32,000 bases of DNA from Rotaria sordida (lineage: Eukaryota), in NCBI GenBank assembly GCA_905251635.1, contig CAJNOT010000088.1, positions 56,086 to 88,085 of the forward strand, given 5' to 3'. The translations under genes were made by a program, and so were the position numbers. Positions 22,001 through 30,200 of this stretch are shown piece after piece. The notes beneath the pieces are model-generated. The model was not told where the DNA came from. It ran no database searches and saw only the letters and a program-made list of their open reading frames with translations. The stretch's first letter is position 1; each line of letters begins with the position of its first letter.

Positions 22001-24406
22001 ATTGATTGTTCTATTTATATTGTCATTATGTTTATGGTAGGATAAATATTCTTTGTTTTCTATATAATACTGGCCTTTACGTTGACTGAGATTAATCTAC
22101 GACTAAGAATGTGTTGCTTTTTCAATCGAATACATCGTTTTGGAAGATTTTAAAGTTTGTCTTCAAAAATTTTAAATAATTTGAAGTGTTTTATTCAAAT
22201 TTTCTCTTCCGAAAGGTTGATTTCAAATTTCAGAAGGACGAACACCTATTTTTAGGAGTAGAGATGTATCAGGTAAGCTTTGCTTGTCCTCTGTACTGTG
22301 TTCAAAAAACATTTTCACTCTATACCGCAGGGTAGGGTAGAGAATGATTGATCTGCAAGCTGTTCTGCACATTCCTCTCATCTGGAACCTATCACGTACA
22401 GCTCTATTTGGGAGCATAGACACAGAGTACATGGTACAATAATTAATAAATTCAGACAGGACCAAGCCGATCTACAGAAGGACACCGTCTTCGGCCTGCA
22501 CGCTAGATAAAACACTGACAGATGTGCATTAAGGAGCTGCAGGTCCATGTTTTCGTGAACACAGACTCGACTGAGCCTATGCCAGAGTTCTTTTCATCAA
22601 TATCTGACATCTTCTGTGTACATGATTAAATGAAGGATTAGGATTTCAGCTACTTATCACCTCTCGTAGAAAATAACCAATCTAAAGTGGAATCGTAGCT
22701 AAAACACCGTACCTGAGTAAACAGACATTAGCTCTTCTCTATTCAGACATGAATCTTAACTTGAATCCGAATATAGATACGAATCCTATTGGATTCGAGG
22801 CTTAACCGGAACGATCCGCAGCTGAGAGGTAACAGTGGACTTCAAGACTGAAGTTCTTACTGATTTCCTCTCGCCTATAGTTCTCTAATGTGCATAGCTA
22901 AGAGTTTTCTTCATGACCTAGCTATATGTACATGTATACGTGTCCCTCTTCCTTTGTATTCTACGAACTCAAGAATTCTATGAAATTACCATTCGAAAAC
23001 GAGCAATATTGAGAAAACTGAAAATATACTTTCCCTGAAGATGATCATATGACGGCACACACACTCTCTCATGCCGTCTATGTATGTTTTGCAAATTCGC
23101 TTATCATTTCTTTCCTTAAAATCAATTGATATAATATCAATAGAGTATCTATCAGAAATGGAATCCATGCAGTTCGGTTTAAGTGTTGAAAAATCTGAAC
23201 CAATCTCATCTCTAGTATCTATTCGGAAATTTCTTCATCAAGTTAAAATCTTCTAGTATTCATAAAATTAATTCTATCCTCAACAAATATCTTTCGTAAA
23301 ATTATCATTATTAGAATGTTTAAAAATTTTAACTCACATTTAAATAATTTTTTCAATAAAACTTTCATTATTTCAATTTCCTTTTGATCTTCATTTGTTG
23401 ATGAAACAATTACAAGCATTGTTTTCAGTGCCATATTTGCCGATATTTTTAACCATAATGAACAATAACATAATATTGTTAACATAAAATTTGCAAGTGC
23501 TTGACGAACATTTAAACTTTCATGATTAACATAATCATTTGTTAATCGTTGTAAAATTGGAGCTAAATGTGTATCAACAATACTTAACCATTGTTCATTT
23601 CTTTCAACAACAATATCACGAAGTTCATCCTTCATTAAATTTGTTTCAAAATTATATTTTGATGAAAGATTAACACTTATTTGAATAATATAACTTAATA
23701 AAATAAGATTTGCATGAACAAGACGTTGATGTATTGAACCAATATCTTGTGCAAATGTTTTTAATATACCGGGTAAAAAACAAGCTAAAATTTGTCCAAT
23801 AATTAAACGAAATTCATTCTCATTTTCATTTTTATTAATATATATTAATGACCATAATGTATTAATAATATTAATACGATAATCAAGTGTATTAATTTTT
23901 TCATATAATTGAAGTAAACATGAAATATAATGTCCAATAATAGGTAAATTTTGATTAAAATTTCCTAAAAATTCTTTATAGAATAAATTTAAATTAGTTT
24001 TTATTGATAAACAAAATGAATGAAAAAATCGTATAAATAAATCTTGTTGAACTTCATCATTTGTTATCATTATACGTTTTGTTAATATAATACTAATTAT
24101 ACAAAGTAAATCATCAAGAATTTTTTTTGTTGATATCGGTATTAATTGAAATAATAATATAAATTCTTCAAGAAGTTTATCAAATGTTGATGGATTTTGA
24201 AAACGATTAAATTGTCGTAGAAGTAATATAGCTGGTATATATAAATTATCATCTTGAACAGTTTTTTCATCTTCAAAACGACGATAATGACATTGTTTAA
24301 TAAGAGAAAAACATAAATGAATATTATTTATTGTAGGTTGTTGTAGAACATTACGAAGAGTTGTATCAAGATTAAGAATAAGTTGAGAATTTATATTTGA
24401 TGACAT
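19095..24406 (-). CDS. TTI1: Large HEAT/ARM-repeat protein (~1035 aa, 3 exons), most likely TELO2-interacting protein 1 (TTI1)
   Basis: Minus-strand exons are 23338-24406, 21253-21981 and 19095-20404. The donors are gtgagt and gtattt and the acceptors are ..ttattttag and ..gaattttag. Phases 1 and 1 join the three long ORFs without stops. The whole protein has a Leu/Ile-rich helical-repeat texture, with an acidic insert NNNNDGDGDGDDDDDNNDEKK. Its length is close to the ~1090 aa of TTI1. The C-terminus ..YSDIIWLQLILHDENEY...KSNLLVCLNKY* resembles my recollection of the human TTI1 end (..DLLWLTLNELYCPVEF...NVLQLLKELQ). The gene model is strong. The family call is from memory only. Confidence 0.7.
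20509..20640. repeat. Repeat-family terminus shared with 27895-28025; each copy lies ~80-105 nt from the 3' splice site of a long minus-strand intron
   Basis: 20509-20640 reads ..gggatgtttgtatagatgtggatgaggatgagg...tcacactagggttcagcggttcaaaa...gaaacccagaactgagccagaatcg. 27895-28025 reads ..gggatgtggatgtggatttgaatag...tcacactagagcccgttgggtccaaag...gaacccaacagaattcggatcg. Confidence 0.5.
22200..22980. other. G+C-richer non-coding island (probable transposable-element relic) that makes up most of the 1356-nt first intron of the TTI1-like gene
   Basis: The composition shifts visibly relative to the flanking AT-rich exons, for example gaccaagccgatctacagaaggacaccgtcttcggcctgcacgctag. It contains only one short ORF (80 aa), with no recognisable motif. 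Confidence 0.4.
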
Positions 24407-24424
24407 TTTTAATGGGCTTTTTTT
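24407..24424 (-). promoter_or_regulatory. 18-nt gap between the stop of the upstream small-membrane-protein gene and the TTI1-like ATG (candidate polycistronic junction / trans-splice acceptor)
   Basis: Minus-strand sequence: ..acAGTAAAttcagaatcaTAAaaaaaaaAGcccattaaaaATGtca. The AGTAAA hexamer is at 24443-24438, the A-run at 24424-24418, and the AG at 24418-24417, 10 nt upstream of the ATG. Confidence 0.4.
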
Positions 24425-27002
24425 TTATGATTCTGAATTTACTGTTAATGATGCTTGTCGAGCTTCTTCACGTAAACGTCGTTGTTCAAGAACTTTTTTA
24501 CGTGCTTCAATCTCTTTTTCAGCTAATGTTTGATGGACGTCTAAAGAAAAAAAATCGGACAGAGAAGTTAGTTTTTATTTTACATAATTCACTGTTTGAT
24601 GATCATCATAGCAAATGTTAAAAAAAAATTTCTCGTCAGTTTATTTACTACAGTATTATGAGAAGTGGCACTAGCAATACTATTCAATTAAAATTAGTGA
24701 CTAGAATTTTTCACAAGATGACAATCTGTGTTTCTATTATTGAGAAGGACGAAACGTAAGACATGTTTGACTAAGAATAAATGGATTACATAAAACATGT
24801 ATTAACTTACTGACGAGGAAAGTAATTTCAAATTTAGCGATGCAACGGCAAAGACAGTGAACACATGAGTTTTATAAAACATGACTAAACCATGAGAACT
24901 AACGAGGGCATCTCGCCAGGTGTCAAATCAGTTTTCGACCGAAATGAAGTTCGTTTGATGAGTAATAGAAAAATCTAGAATGGTTTTCTTTTTTAGACCT
25001 TCGTTCTCAAGATATTGAAATTTTACTGAGTTTTCCAACAGAAAGCTGCGATGCCTCTTAGGTCATGTGGAATTTTCGACTTCAAACTTTTCATGAAGAA
25101 AGTTCTCAATGAGATTAGTTCATTGGACAAGTTGTAACTTTTCTACTATCTCTTATCCTAATATATTCAATATTCGAAATTCTCTCATGTGTAGAAGCAC
25201 ATTTTGTTCACATATTTACATCTCCAGAAAGAAAATACTAGTGGCATAATGAACTAATCTCATTAAGAACTTTGTTCATGCAAAGTTTGACGTCGAAAGT
25301 CGATTTTTCATGTGACCTGAAGGGAACCAGAGGTTTTGTTGAAAAGCCTAGTAAAATTTCCATGTGGCGAGTACGAAGGTTCAGAAAGTCAAAACATCCT
25401 ATTACTCTCTAGAAATCATCAAATGAATATTGTCTCGATCGAAAAGCGATTTGAAATCTTGAATGATTTTCTTGTAAATCTGTGTCGAACGAGAAAATCG
25501 AACTCGAAAATTTCGATAAACTTTCTATGGATTCAAATTCCTGTATCCCGAAAACCTCTAGCCTATTTTTAGAAAATCTGACTATTTTCGTGAAATGAAC
25601 TCTGTGGTCGAAAAAATCGAAATCAATCTAAGACCATCATAGTTTAACCATATGCACACTGTCTTCACCGTATAGTATATACGTAAGGTGGGGGTGAAAA
25701 AAGTTTAACAGCAATATATTTCTGATTTTTGTTTTTCTAAAATATTAAGCAGCTAGCTCAAATCCAGATAGTGATTTTCATAGCCAAGTGAGTTTTCTAT
25801 CTAGTGTATTCTATACCAAGGTTTCTAGAAAACCAAAAACGGAAATTTTCATATGTCGAAGTTATTTCTTAATAATACCATTTTGAAGAAAACAAAATGA
25901 CGGGTCGTCGCATTTTTTACGATGTTCTCTGACAAACTTATAAATATCACGAAGCGAAATTTACCATAGAATTGCTAAAAAAACGCATTTTTCATTTTTT
26001 CGATATTAATAACTTGTTAAGGAGAGGCTGTAGGAAATGCAGCAATCCCTCATTTTGTTCTCTTTAAAATGATATTGCTAAAAAAATAGCTTCGATACTT
26101 CAACATGAGTGCATCTGGATTTTTAGAAACCTGGCATTTATAATGCATCTATAAAATGCGTTGAATAGAAAAGTACATTAGCATATCAAAATCACTATAT
26201 GTCTTTTAGCTAAATGCTTAATATCATAGAAAAAAATATCCAAAAAATATGTTGTGGTTAAACATTTTTCCACCACATTACATCTGTAAATCAGTGCAAT
26301 GCTTTACGTAAAACCGGTGCATTGTCATCGTTGCATTTTTAAAAACAACCAATAGCGAACTTTCTTATTGGGTTCCTTCATCCAACATTCTTTATTTTGT
26401 ATCTTTTCAATTGTAAAAACAGCAGCTGTTTCACTAGTCCCAACAGATATCCTTCAAATTTACACAGAATCTTCTCCTCTGGAATGAAATACAGTTCTCA
26501 TACAACACAGGAAGACTTCAAATTCCTGATATCATATCAGCTAATGTTTCTGAATAATTACACACATAATTCCTTTGAAATAATTACTAAAGAAAAAAAA
26601 AACCAAGCATTCAACTAATATTCTAAATCAAATCTATGACATTTGACATAATCATGTCTATTGATTGAATCAAAATAGCTTTCTAATTAAGAATTTTCTA
26701 TTAAAAACAATGAACTATATGAATTTATTTAATTTCTTACCAATTTGTTCTTTTTCACCGGTATTTAAATTCCACTTGGTAATATATCTACTCCCTGTTA
26801 ATTTTGCAACTTGTACACTATGTGGAATACCTGTTTCTTTCGCCGATTTATCAGCTCTATTGGCAATAAAATAACCTGCGTATCCCCAAACAATAAAAAA
26901 TGCAATCGTATTAACAATACCACGAACTTTTTGTAACTCTTTAAAATTGTTTCGTTTAAAATAAGTAAACTGTTTACGCCACTCGTGTAATGACAAACGC
27001 AT
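24425..27002 (-). CDS. Small (125-aa) single-pass membrane protein with a C-terminal charged coiled-coil; 2 exons split by a 2.2-kb repeat-filled intron
   Basis: Exon 1 is 26741-27002 (ATG 27002-27000) with donor gtaaga. Exon 2 is 24425-24540 with acceptor ttctttag. The phase-1 junction is consistent. Translation: MRLSLHEWRKQFTYFKRNNFKELQKVRGIVNTIAFFIVWGYAGYFIANRADKSAKETGIPHSVQVAKLTGSRYITKWNLNTGEKEQI / DVHQTLAEKEIEARKKVLEQRRLREEARQASLTVNSES*. It has one hydrophobic segment (IVNTIAFFIVWGYAGYFIA). I did not recognise the family. Confidence 0.65.
24923..25458. repeat. Foldback repeat (arms ~24923-25124 and ~25249-25458, loop ~125 bp) in the intron of the small-membrane-protein gene
   Basis: The left arm ends ..ggtcatgtggaattttcgacttcaaacttttcatgaagaaagttctcaatgagattagttcatt. 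The reverse complement of the right arm ends ..ggtcacatgaaaaatcgactttcgacgtcaaactttgcatgaacaaagttcttaatgagattagttcatt. The core cgacttNaaactttNNa is shared with the 4990-5450 family. Confidence 0.8.
25687..26275. repeat. Second, unrelated foldback repeat (arms ~25687-25899 and ~26050-26275, loop ~150 bp) in the same intron
   Basis: The left arm begins ggtgggggtgaaaaaagtttaacagcaatatatttctgatttttgtttttctaaaatattaagcagctagctcaaatccagatagtgattttcatag... The reverse complement of the right arm begins gtggtggaaaaatgtttaaccacaacatattttttggatatttttttctatgatattaagcatttagctaaaagacatatagtgattttgatatg... Both arms end in ..aacaaaatga. Confidence 0.8.
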
Positions 27003-27275
27003 TTAGTCTGAAAACAAAACTGATGATGCAATAATCGATAAGAGGAGAAAAAAAAACAAGAAAAACCACGCACACACACAGTTTTATATTTTTTAAATAT
27101 TTCATAATTTTTCAGTAAAAGATATTTTTAAATCATGTCAAAAAAGAATGAAAGCATCTACACGCACAGATCACTGTCGTTTGTCCAAAAAGAAGAAGAA
27201 GAAGAAAAAAAAATAAAGAATAAGATGTGCACATCACCGAGTTTTTTTTTTTGTAAGAAGAGCATCTGACATTTT
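27003..27275 (-). promoter_or_regulatory. 273-nt spacer between the RalGAP-beta-like stop and the next co-oriented ATG, ending in a consensus acceptor TTTTCAG 5 nt before the ATG
   Basis: The minus-strand sequence ends ..atcatcagttttgttttcag actaa ATGcgt, with the AG at 27009-27008. The spacer is pyrimidine-rich and includes a (ttc)n run. Confidence 0.35.
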
Positions 27276-30200
27276 TTATGATTGCACATTTATTATTGAA
27301 TTCGATTGTGTTGTTGGTTCAATATCAGTTGTTGTTGTTGATAAAAAGAATATGTTTTGAAAAAATTCATCAAGATTATCTGTTCGATTTTGATATTTTT
27401 CAATTATTTTTGTTATTCGAGTTTTTCGTAATGAATAAGCAGTTTGAGAACTATAACAAAAAAAGAAAATAAGGAAATTGTTTTGTTTTTTTATTTAGAA
27501 AACAAAAAAAAAAAAACAAGAACAAACCTTTGACTATCTTCTAAACGTTTTCGACGACTTAAATTATGTACAGCTTGTCGAAGAAAAAATGATAAAATAT
27601 AACGAGGTAGAACCATTCCATCAATTAATGGAATACTAGCACATGCTGATTGCATTCTAAATGTAAGAAAAAGAAAAAAAAAACTTGTCCACTGTTATTT
27701 ATAGATAAATTTTATATTTACCGTTGAGCACTTGAATTGAGTGAAATACGAAATAAATGATTTTTTAAAGGATGTATACCAATTATAGAAATATCTCGAT
27801 GTTTTAATGATTGTTCTTGAAATAAAATTATAAAACATTATAAACAACAAATATTAGAAACTGATCATAAAAAGGTCATTTATTGTAAGTTAAGGAGATT
27901 GGGATGTGGATGTGGATTTGAATAGTATCTTCACACGTCGACGTTCACACTAGAGCCCGTTGGGTCCAAAGTTTTCGAATCCGAACCCAACAGAATTCGG
28001 ATCGTAGGCTAACTCGATGAGCTCTAATGAGAGGATATCTTTCGAGATTTGATTTGGGGAAATTTTAGCTATTCAAAATCCTATCTTATTCAACATTTTG
28101 TATTTCGAGCTTTTTGCAGTAATTCTTACAAGGAAAGAATAATAAATGTATATATCATCTTATGAGAGAACATATTAAGCTGTTAACGGCCGATTGGAGC
28201 AATGCTTTGCTCACAAGTAGGACTTTGATTCTGAGTGTTTTCTGAAAGTTTAAATCGAAACAAATGGTTCCTTCTCGAAATATTAAATATTCAAAGAAAG
28301 CAATCCTATGCTACAAAGAAAGTCATCGAGTTAATTTGTCTTCAGCATCCAATATGTCGAGAAGGAATCATCTGCTTTGACTGAAACTTTCAGGAAATAC
28401 TTAGGATCAAAGGTCCTATTATTGAATAAAAATTTCTTCTTTTTGATTTTTCTGTGAATACTTTTCTACAAAATGAAAATTCAATAAAACGGTCACAATT
28501 CCATAAGGAAGATCTATGAGGAGAAATCCTTTCCAACTTTTCTGATCTCACTGATGCCTACTCAAAAGTCAAATATTACTCCCATCGATGATTAACAATT
28601 GGATATGTTTTCTCGTTACTGTGTTTTATATGCAAAGTGCTGTAAGTATAAGACCTTTTAATGTCTTTGCATTTGAAAAAGATCGATTCAAAATTTGAAA
28701 TATTTATTTAATCTGTAAATTTTAACATTCGAAAACAAAAATATACAAACCTGGTAGAATCGAATCTAGATCATCACGAAATTCTTCTAACCAAACAATT
28801 AATATTCGCATTTCTGAACTTTGATTATCCACTATAATTTCGAAAAAAAAACAAACACATAAGCAAGATTAATGAAAAAAAACAAACAAACTATTTACTA
28901 GAAAAATGATGCGGTAAATAAAAAGCCATTTCTGTTGTTAAATTCATCCAATATAAAATACTATCATGACCATTAATTTCAGCAAGTGTTTTCGTCTTTG
29001 AATTCGTACCTAATTAAAAACAAAGATTATTTTATAGAATTTCATTGTTTTTTTTTTTTTTTATTAATTACTTGATTGAGTCAAAGGAACTGTTTTCCAA
29101 CTTGTTTCTGGATTTCCTGTCCAACCACAATGACGTTTAACTTCAACAACAGAACCAAATTGTGAAACCATTTTTAAAAAATCTGGATTTAATTGTTCTA
29201 AGATTTTCTAACAAACAAAAATACACTTTTTTATTTAATAATAACAATCTCTAATCGATTTATTTTAATACCAAATTTGAAAATGATTCTAAAAGTGTAT
29301 GTTGATTTTTTTTTAAATAATAAATTTGTCCTGTACAATAAAGTGTTGGCGATATTTTATCAAGTTTTTTTATATCATCCATAAAATTTTCTGCATTAGA
29401 ATTAAGTAATTGAATTCGTGATTGAAAACGATCAAATGATTTAGAATCATTCTAAAAATTTAATAAATTAAATGTTTTTTTTTAAATAATTAAAACTTAG
29501 TGAATATTATTTGTTTGATTTTTACCCAATGTTTTCCATTCATAAGATAATCCATAGAATCTAATGAACAAAATCCATAATGTGATAAAAATAAACGAAT
29601 ACCTTCAAAATGTTTTTGACGTCTAACGAATTGAAAAACAAAACCAAAATTTCATAAAGAATTTTTGATTAGAGAAAAATAAATTTACTCAGGTGGTTTG
29701 CATTCCGAGAATAATTTTTCATCGGAAACATGAGCACGTTGAATAGCTTGTTCTTCAATAGGAATTTGTTTTACTTTTAATGTACGAAATAAATTTAATT
29801 TTTCTTCATCACGTTTAATAATTGAACTTAATGTTGGAATACTTAATTCACTAAAACAAAAAATACAAAAGATAAAAGAAAAATAAATTTTTTTATTGTG
29901 AAAAAAACATTATTTCTTTTGTTTTTCACAATAAAATCAAGACAAATGTTTAATAATTATTCTTTTTTTTTTTTTGTAAAAGAAAAAAAAGTTACCATCA
30001 CCAAACAATAGAAAAAGCTGAGTGAAATATTATGATTATATTATACTTACGATGAATGATGAAAGCTGAAAGCAAAAAACTCTTTTTTTCTTTATAAGAT
30101 CATATTCATAGATTTATTAGATTTAGCTTAGTATTATTACCAACCTGCTATGACGAGAAGCATCACTGAAATATTTTTTCTCAGAGATACAGGAAATTTA

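Noticed and set aside
24397-24621. A 74-aa plus-strand ORF overlapping the TTI1 start and the upstream gene's last exon
   Set aside because: It is antisense to a well-supported minus-strand terminal exon (..VHQTLAEKEIEARKKVLEQRRLREEARQ..*). Its own product is a hydrophobic low-complexity string, which is a typical shadow ORF.
26798-27079. A 93-aa minus-strand ORF overlapping the 26715-27002 ORF in another frame
   Set aside because: It has no ATG-context or splice support. The alternative frame gives a coherent membrane protein that splices in phase to the 24425-24540 exon.
27974-27982. A TTCGAATCC string resembling a tRNA T-loop (possible tRNA gene or tRNA-derived SINE)
   Set aside because: The flanking sequence does not form a T-stem, acceptor stem or anticodon arm. 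It is part of a local hairpin inside a dispersed repeat.
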